64,000 nucleotides of DNA from an uncultured delta proteobacterium (GTDB lineage: Bacteria > Myxococcota_A > Polyangia > Fen-1088), in NCBI GenBank assembly GCA_963796685.1, contig CAWCMR010000025.1:1248001-1312000 (forward strand), read 5' to 3'. Under the pieces are notes generated by a model. That model saw only the letters and a list, made by a program, of their open reading frames with translations. It was not told the DNA's origin and did no database searches. Positions 29,210-41,240 of the stretch are shown here, in pieces. Each line of letters begins with the position of its first letter. Within the stretch, counting starts at the first letter, position 1. A program made the position numbers and the translations under genes.

Positions 29210-31127
29210 TCAGTTCGTCAGCGGTTTGGCGCCCTTGAATCCATTGGATGATCCCGTCACATATGCCTGACAGGTTCCTCCCGAGAGGGGGCATTCGACG
29301 CTCCCGTCCTTCCATGACCACCACAGCCAACTCATGCCATCCGCTGCTGCCTGATCGATCTCCGCCTGGTAATCACCGGCCGTGTCGCCCGGATAGTTGT
29401 CGATGCCGATCTCGATGGGGAACGACTGGGTTGCGGCAAATTGATGGATAGCTTGCGCTCCCGTGAGAGCTTCCGCTTTTGCCGAGGAGCAAGTCACCTT
29501 GCCACGCATTGTAATATCCATCGCTCGTGCCCCAGTACGCTTGCCATCCGAACATCGTCTGGGGGTTGCCATTCACCTTCACGCTGTCCACGGCGCGAAT
29601 GGCATTCCCGTATTCGGTGATACAGTACAGGTCGCGGCCTGAATAGTTGGCCATGATCTCGAGTGGATTCGTGTAACCTTGCGTTCGGAAGAACTGGATG
29701 TTGGTCTTGGCGGCACCAGCCCAGACCGCGCGCACGGCCTCGGTACTGGCATCCCCAGTGCTGATGAACTCCTGTCCCGCGTCTATGATCACATTGCTGC
29801 GGTACTTGTTCATCAAGTCTTTGAGCCACTGGCGGCTCCACACGGCCAGGTAGCAAGACGATGGAGTATCGGTGGAGCAGGTGTCCCCAACGGGGGACGT
29901 CAGAGAGTAGAAATTCCCTCCACCCAGCGCGCTGGAGATAAGGTGGTTTTGGGACGAATCCCAAGTAAAGAGAGATACCCAAACCAGCATGTGATTGGCA
30001 ACGGCCTTGGCGAGAAGCGTATCGAATCCGGCCGGCGTCATGCCGTTCGCCGCATCGAGTGTCAACAGCATACGCATGGCATTTGCCCCCAGCGCGGTCA
30101 TTGTGTCGATCTCCCCGGTCTGGTCCGCGCCAGCCATGACATCCTCGGGACCGCGCGCAACGATGACCTTTCCGGCCGCATCGTAGATCTCGTTGCCGAT
30201 CAGTTGGATGCTCCCGCTGTGGGTGCTGGTGGAGGAGCCGCCCGTGCCGACGGAGCCGCCCGTGCCGACGGAGCCGCCCGTGCCGACGGAGCCGCCCGTG
30301 CCAACGGAGCCGCCCGTGCCGACGGAGTTGCCCGTGCCGACGGAGTTGCCCGTGCCGACGGAGTTGCCCGTGCCGACGGAGTTGCCCGTGCCGACGGAGC
30401 CACCCGTGCCAACAGAGCCACCTGTACCGGATGAGCTGCAAGCAGCCTGCATATACAGACGCTTAGCCGTGCCCTGACACGGGTCACCAAACGATGAGTT
30501 GTTTGCGCTCACGTTGCAGCTGGCCTTTCCCATGCAGGCCTTCGAAGCCACCGACATGGAGGTCGAAGCGTCACAACTACCTTTGGCGAAAGTTCCGCAG
30601 GAGCCCGATGGCGTCCCATAGCTGGCGAACCCAATAGCCGAGATGGTCTGCCCGGACGGACAGGCCAGCGCCATGCTCGTGTCCTCATTGACTGTGCCGC
30701 AGATGGATGCGCTGCAGGTCACTTGCGCGTAGAGTCGCTTGGCCGTCCCTTGGCATGGATCGGTAAACGTGGCGTTGCTTGCGCTCACGCTACAGCTGGA
30801 CTTGCCGATGCAGGCGTGCGAAAGCACCGACATGGAGGTCGAAGCGTCGCAGCTACCTTTGGCGAAGGCTCCGCAGGAGCCTGATGGTGTGCCATAGCTT
30901 GCAAACCCGACAGCCGTGATGGTCTGCCCGGACGGACAGGCCAGCGCCATGTTCGCGTCCTCGTTGACTGTCCCGCAGACGGACGGTGTGGCGGCCGCAT
31001 ACAACTGGGCCTGCGGCTCGCCGGTAGAATCGCCAGGGCCCACACATGACGACTGGGTCAGGGCTGCAATGGATACGGTGAAGAGTGCACAGATCAATCC
31101 CGTAACATGAACTCGTTTGCGCGTCAT
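29210..31127 (-). CDS. Secreted protein: two galactose/rhamnose-binding (SUEL-type) lectin domains + Gly/Ser/Thr linker + GH5-like TIM barrel; +1 frameshift at ~29471
   Basis: Two [17 protein letters not shown]...[10 protein letters not shown] repeats. Catalytic part is nearly identical to 41241..42242, which pinpoints the extra base. Confidence 0.8.
30233..30430 (-). repeat. About 11 x 18-bp coding tandem repeat ([12 protein letters not shown] linker)
   Basis: GGAGCCGCCCGTGCCGAC / GGAGTTGCCCGTGCCGAC units, no spacers. Confidence 0.9.
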
Positions 31128-31732
31128 CGGCGCCTCCTTGAAGGTGGGCAGTTGATAATTGCGAGGCGCCCAACAAGGGCATCTCGAAGAGCGGCATAGG
31201 AGCAAGGGTAATGACTCGCAGCCGAACTACGCGATTACGTAGAGCAGCGCAACTCCGAGTCTCTCGATATGTCCAGCCATAACGGGTAACTATCTACTTT
31301 AATACCTAAATATGGCCAGAGCGCGGTGTGGGGGGCAGTGGTACACTGAAGTCGTTCGAGACCACGCATCTCTCCTGTCAAATTGGAGACCCACTTCGGA
31401 GAGCCGCCATGGCCCATCCGCGCTAGCCAGCAAATCCAAATTGGCAGTAAGTTCCGAAGCCGAAGCTCCGTGGCGCTAAGTAGTCCTCCATCCCGAGCAA
31501 CGGACCCCGCAGCGCCTCTATTGGATACGGCAGATCAGCCCGCCACTATAGTAGGCAAGGAGCCGATGTTCCTGTCGGACGGTCATACCCGCAGCGTAGT
31601 CCTGCCTCCTACAGCGCAGGGCCAGCGGCACTTGGGGCCAATACGAGTGAAACTGCGCTTCCCCCGGGACATCACACTGCTCGGGCCGGAGAGCGGACCG
31701 ATCCCACTATTACAGCTTATAGGCGGGAGCTC

Positions 31733-32947
31733 TCAATCCTTAGGGACGCGGTCGTTGTTACGTTCTCCAGTTCTACCTGTACGCACCCAAAGTCGTGGTG
31801 CTCGGTGAAAGAGATGGGCCGCGTAAAGCGGTACCTTCCACGTCAAATACAGGGGCAGCCCCGCAAGGGTTCGCAAGGGCAATGTCTTGCGCGCAAATCG
31901 ATACCAAGCTATCCCGACAGCCACGACGAGACAGATGGTCCCGCCGCCCAAGGCAAACAGGGGAGCTGTCCATCCACCCAGTACCGCACAGAGTGCGCTG
32001 ATCGCCCCTGCTCCGATCAGAAGCATTACCAATAGCGCCAGGGGCGGGACCATCAAATCCAGCGCCATGGAGATCAAGTCGAGGCGCGCTCGTCTCAATC
32101 CAGTCCAGAGTAACCTTGGTCCGTAAGTCCACAGCGTCTGTAGGTGCCCAGACTCCCAACGTCGCCGCTGGGTCATCTGATCCGCTGCCGCTGGGGGTAG
32201 TTGACTTCTGACCTGTACGGTAGGGCAGGAAACCGGTGCCGCCCCACGCAGTGCCAGCTCGATGCCGAGCACCATGTCCTCGACAAGATTGCCCTTCAGA
32301 GCTGGCGCTTCGTGAAGCAAGCGCCACGGAAAGGCCATCCCACTTCCAGTCAGCGGACATGGTAAGCCGAGCCGGTGCAGTCCGCGAGGGCGAACGCGAT
32401 TGCGAACGATCAAGGCCAAGGCGCTGATCGCGGTCTTCGTGTCGGGCTGTCCGGCAGGATGAAGAAGATATTCCGCCTGAACCGGCCGGCCTAACCGCAC
32501 CGCTTCCACGGCAAGCCTTTCGATTCCCCCTTCGGCGACCCGGCAATCCGCGTCGACGACGATGACGACATCTGGAGGATTCCGCGACAGGCTCTCGACA
32601 CCGTATGCAAGCGCATAGCCTTTGCCGCGGCGCCGTTCGTCGACGCGACAAACGACCTCCGCACCGCTTTGGACCGCCAGTTCGGCCGTACGATCGGTGC
32701 AGTTGTCGGCCACCACGAGGAGAGAATCGTGAGGGCCAAGGCCAGCGCGAAGCGCCGCAACCGTATCACCGATGCCAAGCTCTTCGTTGTGGGCGGGGAT
32801 CAGAACGGCAACGCGTGGTCTATCTCCAACGGTGGGCGTCACGTAGGCGGATACCGGCGAAGCCGCTGCGCATTCTACCAGCATGACCAGACAGGGAATC
32901 GCCAACCCAACCGCCAACAGTGCTAACAGCACGTCCAATGCAAGCAT
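31733..32947 (-). CDS. Glycosyltransferase family 2, membrane-bound
   Basis: IPAHNEE, VADNCTD, GKGYAL, VVDADC, VEDM, QRRRW. Confidence 0.92.
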   Translation of the reverse strand: MLALDVLLALLAVGLAIPCLVMLVECAAASPVSAYVTPTVGDRPRVAVLIPAHNEELGIGDTVAALRAGLGPHDSLLVVADNCTDRTAELAVQSGAEVVCRVDERRRGKGYALAYGVESLSRNPPDVVIVVDADCRVAEGGIERLAVEAVRLGRPVQAEYLLHPAGQPDTKTAISALALIVRNRVRPRGLHRLGLPCPLTGSGMAFPWRLLHEAPALKGNLVEDMVLGIELALRGAAPVSCPTVQVRSQLPPAAADQMTQRRRWESGHLQTLWTYGPRLLWTGLRRARLDLISMALDLMVPPLALLVMLLIGAGAISALCAVLGGWTAPLFALGGGTICLVVAVGIAWYRFARKTLPLRTLAGLPLYLTWKVPLYAAHLFHRAPRLWVRTGRTGERNNDRVPKD

Positions 32948-33187
32948 GTCAGGTGGATGCTCGATTCATGGCTCGTGAAAGATGCAATCATGAAAAGGCA
33001 AACACGGGGCTTTGTCAAGGCAGCCACCGCGACGCGAGCGGACACCGAATTGACAACGCAGGTGGGAACTGTCAGCCTCCAGTCGCTGTGGCCCCCAGTG
33101 GCAAGGTCGAATTGCCGCTCGCAGGGGAGCGCCAACGAGACTACGATGTCACAATAACCCAGGAACGTCCGTCAGCCCCGCACATCA

Positions 33188-34432
33188 ATGCATCGCATCG
33201 GCTATTTCATTCCTGAGTTCCCCGGTCAGACGCACATCTTTTTCTGGCGTGAATATCAAGCGCTCAAGCGGCTTGGGATCCAACCTGAGCTCGTCAGCAC
33301 GAGGCGCCCTCCGCCCGGGATCGTGTCGCACAATTGGTCCGACGACGCCATAAGGCATACGACTTATCTCTTTCCCCCAAGTCTTTCCCGCATCGGTGAA
33401 GCTGTCGTCGGCACCGGCCGTGCCGGTTCGCGTCGCTGGTTGCGCTGCCTGTCGTCCATAGCCCGTGCACATGGCTTTGCAAGCTCGGCCAGTCTGCAAC
33501 AGCGGGCGCGCCTGCTCGGACTTGCCGTGATGGGGGCATCCCTTGCCGAGATTGCCCGGCGAAACGGATGGACGCATGTCCATTGCCACTCTTGTGCCGA
33601 TGCTGCGCACATCGCACTGTTTGCACATCTGCTCTCGGGGCTCTCGTACAGTTTGACGTTGCACGGGCCTCTCGTCACGTATGGACCCAATCAAAGGGAG
33701 AAATGGCGCCACGCCACCTTGGGAATTGTGATTACCGAGCGGCTTCGTGCCGAAGTCGGGCGGGACCTCGCGGGAGCGCTGCCGCAACAATTGGCGGTCG
33801 CTCCCATGGGCGTCGATACCGAACGCTTTCGCCGGCGACAGGCTCGCGAATTGTGGGGGGGAAAGGGACCGTTCCGCATCTTTTCGTGTGGGCGACTCAA
33901 TCTATGCAAGGGCCACCGTGATTTGGCCGAAGCCATTGCGCTTCTGCGGGCAGAAGGAATCGATGCCCGACTCGTGATTGCGGGCGAAGACGACGCTGGC
34001 GGCATGGGATATAGGAAGACGCTCGAGGCTGAAATCCGCGAGCGAGGAGTGGCGGACTGCGTTGTCTTACTGGGGGCCGTCGATGAGGACCGAATCATTC
34101 GGGAATTGCAGCAGGCCCATGTTTTTGCGCTCGCCAGCCACGCGGAACCGCTCGGTGTGGCTATCATGGAAGCGATGGCGATGGAGATCCCCGTTGTCGT
34201 CACAACCATGGGAGGTGTCGAAGAGCTCGTGCAGGAGAATGTCGACGGCCTGTTCGTGCCCCCCATGCAGCCGGTCCTGATCGCCAATGCCTTGAAGCGT
34301 GTCGCACAAGATCCGGAACTGGCCCTGCGTCTTGGCGATCATGGTCGTTACACAATCCTCGAGAAGTTTCAGGCGAGCCGCAGCGCCGAGGTTCTGGCAA
34401 AGCACATCCAGGAACGTGCCGCCTCCTCGTAG
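33188..34432 (+). CDS. Glycosyltransferase family 4
   Basis: HVHCH, GRLNLCKG, EPLGVAIMEAMA. Confidence 0.9.
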   Translation: MHRIGYFIPEFPGQTHIFFWREYQALKRLGIQPELVSTRRPPPGIVSHNWSDDAIRHTTYLFPPSLSRIGEAVVGTGRAGSRRWLRCLSSIARAHGFASSASLQQRARLLGLAVMGASLAEIARRNGWTHVHCHSCADAAHIALFAHLLSGLSYSLTLHGPLVTYGPNQREKWRHATLGIVITERLRAEVGRDLAGALPQQLAVAPMGVDTERFRRRQARELWGGKGPFRIFSCGRLNLCKGHRDLAEAIALLRAEGIDARLVIAGEDDAGGMGYRKTLEAEIRERGVADCVVLLGAVDEDRIIRELQQAHVFALASHAEPLGVAIMEAMAMEIPVVVTTMGGVEELVQENVDGLFVPPMQPVLIANALKRVAQDPELALRLGDHGRYTILEKFQASRSAEVLAKHIQERAASS

Positions 34433-34458
34433 AGGCAGGTTGGGGAGAGTGGACCAGT

Positions 34459-35545
34459 ATGCGGACAAGTAAAGGAAACGCGAAGAAAGCGGTGCTGGTT
34501 GCGCCGGTCGTTGCCGACTTTGATCCCGGTTACAACCAAAGCATTGCCCGGGTGCTCGAAGCCCATGGCTTTGATGTGAAGAGCTCGACCTTTTTCGTGC
34601 CTAGCCCCCCCGGGGTCATCAACCGAATCCGAATCGACCTGGGAACGCGGCTCGGGTTTGCTGCGTACTATCGCAATTACGTTCGCGACTACAACGCCTC
34701 GCTGCGTCTATTGCTGGGTGCTCATCGGCCGGATCTCGTCCTTGTCATACGTGGCGGGACGGTATTCCCGGAGACGCTCGATGCGATCCAGGGGGCTGTC
34801 AAGGTTCTTTGGTTGCACGACCGGGTGCAACGGTCGGGTCTCACCGAAGCGCAGCTTCGGTGCTACCAACATCGTTTCCTCTTCGAGGGGAATGACGTGG
34901 ACTGGCTCAAGGAGACCTATGGCCTCGACTCGGAGTTCTTGCCCGTCGGTTTCGACCCGGAAATCTACCACCCGGTGGAGGGTGTTCCTCGGGACGTAGA
35001 CGTCTTCTTTATCGGAGCCTACTACCCGGCCCGGCGTGCAACACTCGAAAGCTTGGCGCGCGACTTCAAGGGCAAGGTATTCAAGTTCTATGGGCGAAAT
35101 CTTCGCTATCGCGAGCCGGTAAGTTGGGTCAAAGCACTGGCTCTGTACCCTCTTCACTATCCAGGCACATTCGTAAATCGGAGCCTCCATGCGCCTGCGA
35201 TCAATCGTTTCTATGCGCGCGCCAAGATTTGTCTGAACATGCATCACCAGCAGAGTGAACAGGGGTGCAATCCGCGCGTGTTCGAGATCATGGGCGCCGG
35301 AGCCTTCCAACTCGTGGACGCCATCCCGTTCGTCAAGCAGCATTTTGACGGGCTGGTAGAGACCTACCAGGGATACGACCAGCTCTGTTCGAAGATTGAA
35401 CGTTGCCTCGCCGCTCACGATCTGCGCGATCGCCTTGCGGCGAGCAGCTACCAGCATGCTCTTCGAGCGACACACCTTCGCCCATCGAATCGTGCGTATT
35501 CTCGAAAGAAGCGAGCTCTGCAGCCCACGGGAGGGTCCTCTCTAA
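34459..35545 (+). CDS. CgeB-like GT-B glycosyltransferase; +1 frameshift at ~35462
   Basis: AKICLNMH, NPRVFEIMGAG. Removing one base restores the typical HALERHTFAHRIVRIL ending and a stop at 35543-35545. Confidence 0.78.
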
Positions 35546-35607
35546 CCTCGTCGGAGCGCGCCTGGGGAACGCCATGCGATATCTGCCCACATCGGATCGA
35601 GACTGCC

Positions 35608-36969
35608 GTGACTAGCACCTTCGCAGAGATTGTCCTGGGACTCTTCATCCCACTCGCGATTGGCGCATTCTTCTTCATGCGGCCTCTCACGGCCGCGATG
35701 GTCGTCGCTTTCGGTGGAGAAATGTTCCTCCCGGTGGGCCCGTCCTTCCATCTGCCATTCTGTCCTCCCTTCAATAAGATCAACCTTCCATACCTGTGCA
35801 TTTTGGTTGGTTGCCTTCTGAAGAATCCAGTGAGATTCACGAGGCCTCCCAAGGAACGATGGTTTCTGGTCTTGTCGTTCCTCACGCTCGTCAGCGGTAC
35901 CATGACTGGGCTCACCAACGGCGACCCTTTGTTGTGCCAACCTTCGGTCGGATGCTTAATTCCTGGATTGACGTTCAAAGACGGGATGTTCGTCGCCGTC
36001 TCCGAGTTCGTTCCGGCCATTTTGGCATTCTACCTTGGCTACTCGCTTGTGCGCACGGCGAGAGATGTCGAACACCTACTGGTTGGCATTGCAACGGCAG
36101 GCCTCCTATACTGTCCATTTGCCATCGTCGAGATGCGCATGAGCCCCCAATTCCACAGGTGGATATTCGGCTACGATCTCGGCGGATTCGAGATGACCAT
36201 GCGCTGGGGTGGTTATCGCCCCATGGTATTCATGCGTCACGGGTTGGCATTGGCTCGGTTCTTCATGATGACGACGTTGGCGCTCTTTCTGCTGACGCGT
36301 ATAAGACGCAAACTGGGAGGATTGCCAATACGATTTCTCGCCTGGTTTCAGGCTTTTATCCTCGTCTTGTGTAGGAGTACCGGTGCCATTGTTCTAGGTG
36401 CCATCGGCGTTCTGTCCCTCTTATCCCTCAAGCCGAAACGACGACTCCTCTTGGGGACAGTCCTGGCCGCTGCGACGCTGCTCTATCCCTTGCTGCGCGC
36501 TGCGGACCTTTTTCCAGTCGCTCAGCTGCTCGACGCCGGTGGGGAATTGGGTGAGGATCGACGAGGTTCTCTTGCCTATCGCTTCGATAACGAGGACGAG
36601 CTGCTGGCACATGCACGCGAGCGGATCCTTTTCGGGTGGGGAGAGGCAGGACGCAATCTCGTGTACAACGGGCGCAATGGCTACGGCAGGGTGACGGACG
36701 GATACTGGATTATCGTTCTCGGCTTCGCTGGAGCAACGGGTTTCGTCATCAGCTTTGGAATCCTACTGTGGCCGGTATTGCGGTTGCCGGGCAAGCTGAG
36801 AGGCCACGCGGACGAATTGGAGAAGGAGACACTGATAGGCATCAGCCTCATCGTCGTTCTTGTGACGACGGACCTCATTCCCAATGGTCTTTGGTCCTAC
36901 TACGTCTATTTTCTTGCCGGTTCGCTCTCGCGGCGGTCGAGGGAGATCCAAATGAGTCGGCTACCATGA
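35608..36969 (+). CDS. Polysaccharide polymerase / O-antigen-ligase-like membrane protein (Wzy candidate)
   Basis: Many TM helices, YRPMVFMRHGL, RGSLAYR, FGWG, TDGYW. Confidence 0.78.
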   Translation: MTSTFAEIVLGLFIPLAIGAFFFMRPLTAAMVVAFGGEMFLPVGPSFHLPFCPPFNKINLPYLCILVGCLLKNPVRFTRPPKERWFLVLSFLTLVSGTMTGLTNGDPLLCQPSVGCLIPGLTFKDGMFVAVSEFVPAILAFYLGYSLVRTARDVEHLLVGIATAGLLYCPFAIVEMRMSPQFHRWIFGYDLGGFEMTMRWGGYRPMVFMRHGLALARFFMMTTLALFLLTRIRRKLGGLPIRFLAWFQAFILVLCRSTGAIVLGAIGVLSLLSLKPKRRLLLGTVLAAATLLYPLLRAADLFPVAQLLDAGGELGEDRRGSLAYRFDNEDELLAHARERILFGWGEAGRNLVYNGRNGYGRVTDGYWIIVLGFAGATGFVISFGILLWPVLRLPGKLRGHADELEKETLIGISLIVVLVTTDLIPNGLWSYYVYFLAGSLSRRSREIQMSRLP

Positions 36970-37002
36970 ATCGAGTAATCGCAACTCGAAGTCCATAGCG
37001 GT

Positions 37003-38464
37003 TCAGGTTGCGATCCCCTGGCGCTTCTGCTGCAATCGATCCCACCCGTAGACGCAGGCCCAACCAGCCCCGACGCAAACGGTGATGACCAAGCCCTCGA
37101 TAAGGACGCCCAGCTTGGCCGGGCGAAAAACCACGGAATGCAAGGATGTCGCGATCCAGCGCGCCGCCAGCATTCCCACCAAGCTGGTAACCAGGACCAA
37201 GCCCGAGAGCGCCAAATCCTGACCCAGGCAAGCAACCCCTCTGCGCCGAGCGCCGACCACGGATGCCACGTAGCGAAGCAGCTCGGTGCTTGCGAGACCC
37301 ACGACAGCACCCGGGAATCCCCAACGTGCGTACCCAACCGGAATGAGGACTACCATCCCCGCGAGTTTCACCGCGTTGCCGATGGCAATCCATTTCGGTT
37401 GTCCCAGCGCGAGCAGGGCCGTGCCATTGGCGGTTTCGAGCGCGAGCAACCAGATTCCCGAGGCAAGAATCTGGATGATCCAGCCAGCACTCGTGGCCCG
37501 CGATTCGTAGAACAAACGGATGAGCGTGGGCCCCCCGCTGATGAAACAGGCCGAGGTGAAACCGCTGAGAAGCAACCACGGCCTACGGGTTCGTCGAAAA
37601 TCCAAGGAAAAGTCAGTGCCTTCGTAGTGTAGTCGGCTGAGCAAGGGGAAGAGCACGGTACTGAAGATCCGGCTGATGATCGAGAGCGGCATGGCCGCCC
37701 AGGTGGTCGCAACGCTGTACACTCCAAGGAGGCCCATTGGAATCAGCTTTCCAAATATCAGGCGGTCAGATTGCATCACTGCAAACGTGAGCATGGTACT
37801 CGCAAAAATCCATCGGCCGAAACTCAGCAAGGTTCGCGCGCAGATCGGATCCCATCGGAAACGGTTCTGAATGCCGGGGAGAAACGTATGGCTGAGGACG
37901 AGTCGAACGACGTTTGTAACAGCGGCCCCCAGAAGAAGTGCCCAAATGCTCCGGTATGCCCACGCCCAAAGTACCATGGTGATGAGACCAGAGGCCTGCC
38001 CTGCGAGATCCAATGCAGTGAGTCTGCCGAGAGAAATCGTCCTCGTGAGCGAGAAAAGCCGCGTTGAGTTGAAGCCGGAGACGAGGGACACGAGCGCCGC
38101 AACCGGGAGCAAATGGGCGAGTTGAGGCTGGTGGTAGAAGACAGCAACGGGCTTGGCGAGGATGAAGGCGGCGAGACAGAGCAAGCATTCACGGATGACC
38201 TGGATGGTCCAGGCAGTATTTAGGTAGTCGGGATCGCCGCCGCGCTCGTGCTGCACAATGCTGGGCCCGATACCCACATCGGAGAACATGGCAAGCCCCG
38301 TTAGGCACACATTGACAACGGCCATCAAGCCGAAAGCCTCTGGATAAAGCAGCCGCCACAGGATCAGGTTGTTGAGCAGACGGAGTCCCTGGCTACTCGC
38401 GTAACCCGTTAGGGTCCACGCTGATGCCCTCGCAACCCTGGAAGCTCAGGATCTGGGCGTTCAT
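37003..38464 (-). CDS. wzx: Oligosaccharide flippase; +1 frameshift at ~38442 near the 5' end
   Basis: LLYPEAFGLMA, FSDVGIGPSIVQ, NTAWTIQVIR, DRLIFGK...LGVYSVA; multiple TMs. Confidence 0.85.
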
Positions 38465-38554
38465 CGTGTGCTTCTCACCTTCCCCACTGAGGGGTGAATG
38501 ACTCGAAGCGTTCATGGGAGAGGATGGTACCTGTTCCACGGCCTGGTTGGCGCT

Positions 38555-39655
38555 CTATAGTTCGCCGGACCGATGGCGCTCGACTGCGTGACGCAGTCCC
38601 CGTTCGAAGCGATCGGTGGCCTCATCCCAGGTGTAGCTCCTGGCGGTTTCGTAGGCAGCACTCGACATCGCCTGCCACTCCGGCTCTGTCTTGGAGAATA
38701 CCTCGATGAGATGGCCAGCCAGACCTTGCGAATCGCCAACCGGAACGAGATAGCCGTTGACGCCATGTCTGATCGAGTCGACCGCACCCCCAACACGAGT
38801 CGAAACCACCGGGCAGCGGCAGGCCATGGCCTCGAGAATGGGCAAGTGAAAGCCCTCGGCGTAGCTTCCACACAGCCAGACGTCGCAACGAGCATACAGA
38901 TCGCGCAATTGATCCTGCGGTGGACGCAGATGGTATTGGGCTTTCGCCGGAAGCGGCAGGGTATCCTCCGGGGGCGAAGCTCCGAACGACACCAATTGAA
39001 TTTCGGGAATCTTCTCGGTCGCAAGGGAGAGCGCGGCCAGGCTCACCGCGCAGCCTTTCCAGGGCGTTCCCGTATACAGAAGGCCTACGGTTGGCACAGG
39101 CTGTCGCCCCCGCGGAGGTGCATGAAACTGCTGCGTATCAACGCTGTTGGGTACCCAGGTGGCCTTGGCATCGCCATACTCATCACGGGCAAGATCGACC
39201 AACCACTGGGATATCGTGATCTTGTGCAGAGGAAGGCGCCAGGTCGCTTTCACCCGATCCTTCGGCAAGTAGTCGAAGACCTCGTGGTGTTGGATGAAAT
39301 AGGCTTTCGCGCCCTTCGCTGGCGACAAACGGGCAACCCATTCTGCAGTCTCCCACCAAGTTGCGACCACCACGTCTGCATCAGGGACATCATTGTCCGT
39401 GACCGGCCGATTGCTCTCCAGCACCCTATGCAAAACTGGCACGCCGTCGAGATGCGATGGCGAATCCTTGGGGATCCTCGCAAAGCGACCTCGCCTCAGG
39501 AAGAAGCGGGCCTGGTCGTACCAGCTCGCTCGGGCCATGGGCTGGGACACGACAACCACATCGTGTCCGCGTTCGGCGAGGTGCTTGGCATAGATGGCAA
39601 CGACACGTATGCCACCGTCCAAACTGGCGTGGGGAAGAATGAAGGTAACCCTCAT
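38555..39655 (-). CDS. Glycosyltransferase family 4
   Basis: GGIRV, VATWWET, EGFHLPILEAMAC. Confidence 0.9.
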   Translation of the reverse strand: MRVTFILPHASLDGGIRVVAIYAKHLAERGHDVVVVSQPMARASWYDQARFFLRRGRFARIPKDSPSHLDGVPVLHRVLESNRPVTDNDVPDADVVVATWWETAEWVARLSPAKGAKAYFIQHHEVFDYLPKDRVKATWRLPLHKITISQWLVDLARDEYGDAKATWVPNSVDTQQFHAPPRGRQPVPTVGLLYTGTPWKGCAVSLAALSLATEKIPEIQLVSFGASPPEDTLPLPAKAQYHLRPPQDQLRDLYARCDVWLCGSYAEGFHLPILEAMACRCPVVSTRVGGAVDSIRHGVNGYLVPVGDSQGLAGHLIEVFSKTEPEWQAMSSAAYETARSYTWDEATDRFERGLRHAVERHRSGEL

Positions 39656-39896
39656 CTACGGACTCTAGCATGCAACCTATACGCCGATCTGACGAGGAGC
39701 AAGATCTCGGACAGGTGTCGGGACCTCATCGAAATCGATTGCCTCCATGCCAGCATTCGCATACTTGTAGCTTGGACATGCCGACGGAGGTAGCGACCAG
39801 TGAAACCCCATGCCGCGTCGTTGGCACCTCGCGCCTGATGCATGTGATCGAAACCAAATCGCTCGAGGATTGCGGAAACCGTGGCCTGAGATCGCC

Positions 39897-41211
39897 ATGA
39901 CTGGAAATCATCCCAGAGTACTCCTCATTGCCGAGGCAGCCAATCCCGACTGGGTCAGCGTGCCTCTGGTTGGGTGGCACATAGCGTCCTCCCTGAGGAA
40001 GGTTGCGCACGTTCATGTCGTGACCCAGCAGCGGAACACCGAGGCATTGGTGCGGGCGGGCTGGGTGAAGGATGGGGATTTCACTGCGCTCGACAGCGAG
40101 GCGGTGGCCGCGCGGATGTGGAAGCTGACGAGTCGACTGCGTGGTTCCTCGGGTGTGGCGTGGACCTTGGCCACCGCGATGTCGGTGCCTTCCTACTATT
40201 GGTTCGAGCATCTCTTCTGGACGAGGTTCGCTGCCGAGCTTCGCGGTGGAGCGTGGGACATCGTCCATCGCGTAACCCCGCTTAGCCCCACGGTTCCGAG
40301 CCTCGTAGCCAGACGGCTCCGCCGAATCGGAGTTCCGTTCATGATTGGGCCGCTCAACGGCGGAGTTCCATGGCCACGCGAATTCGTCAAAGCCCGGTGG
40401 CAAGAGAAGGAATGGCTTTCCTACGTTCGGGACGCGTACCGGCTCCTACCGGGATCGCGGAGCATGCGTGACAGCTCTTCCGCCATCCTGGTGGGGTCTC
40501 GAGCAACCCTGCAACAACTGGGCAAGCGATGGAGTGAGAAGGCGGTCTATATCCCGGAGAACGGAATTCTACCGGACCGCTTCAGTGAGCCAGTAGCTCG
40601 GCCACCGATGACGCCCCTCCGCATCGTCTTCGTCGGGCGTTTGGTTCCGTACAAGGGGGCCGACATGCTGATCGAGTCCTGCGCAAACCTGGTGAAGGCG
40701 GAGAAGGTGCAGTTGGAGATAGTAGGTGACGGTCCGCAAAAGGCATTGCTCGAACGGATGGTCGCCGAGCAAGGGCTCGGCCTGTCTGGTGGCGTCACGT
40801 TTGCGGGATGGTTGAGCCAGGCCGAAGTGGCGGAACGTTTCTCGCGTTCTCACGTGTTGGCCTTCCCGAGCGTGCGCGAGTTTGGCGGCGGGGTGGTCTT
40901 GGAAGCCATGGCTTCGGGTGTGGTTCCTGTAGTTATCGACTATGCCGGTCCGAGCGAGCTGGTTACTCCAGCGACAGGCTATCTCATCCAGCTCGGGTTC
41001 CCGGCACGACATCGTGAGACGGTTGCGCGACCAGTTTGAGAGCTTGGTGCAAGACCCGGAGGCCATCAAGGCGAAGTCATCAAGGGCCCGTTCGCGCGTT
41101 GAGCGCTGGTTCACCTGGGAGCGCAAGGCGGAGCAAATCTCGGCCGTGTATGCCTGGGTCCTCCGCCGAGGGCCCAAGCCGGACTTCGGTATGCCCTTTC
41201 CGGGCCACTAG
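39897..41211 (+). CDS. Glycosyltransferase family 4; +1 frameshift at ~40998
   Basis: VGRLVPYKG, EFGGGVVLEAMA; C-terminal FTWERKAEQI is in the next frame. Confidence 0.85.
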
Positions 41212-41240
41212 ACGTGCAGACGTCAGCGCGAGCAGCCGAA

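Noticed and set aside
30233-30430. Regular repeats resembling a CRISPR array
   Set aside because: Contiguous 18-bp in-frame coding units with no spacers and no cas genes.
34459-36969. Apparent 836-aa glycosyltransferase-polymerase fusion
   Set aside because: One extra base at ~35462 explains it. Correction restores the normal HTFAHRI ending and a stop at 35545; the 'linker' is read-through junk.
38573-39793. Long antisense ORFs (also 4737..5699, 6044..7033, 9811..10812, 19070..20092)
   Set aside because: Shadows of well-supported genes on the opposite strand in GC-rich DNA, with no motifs.
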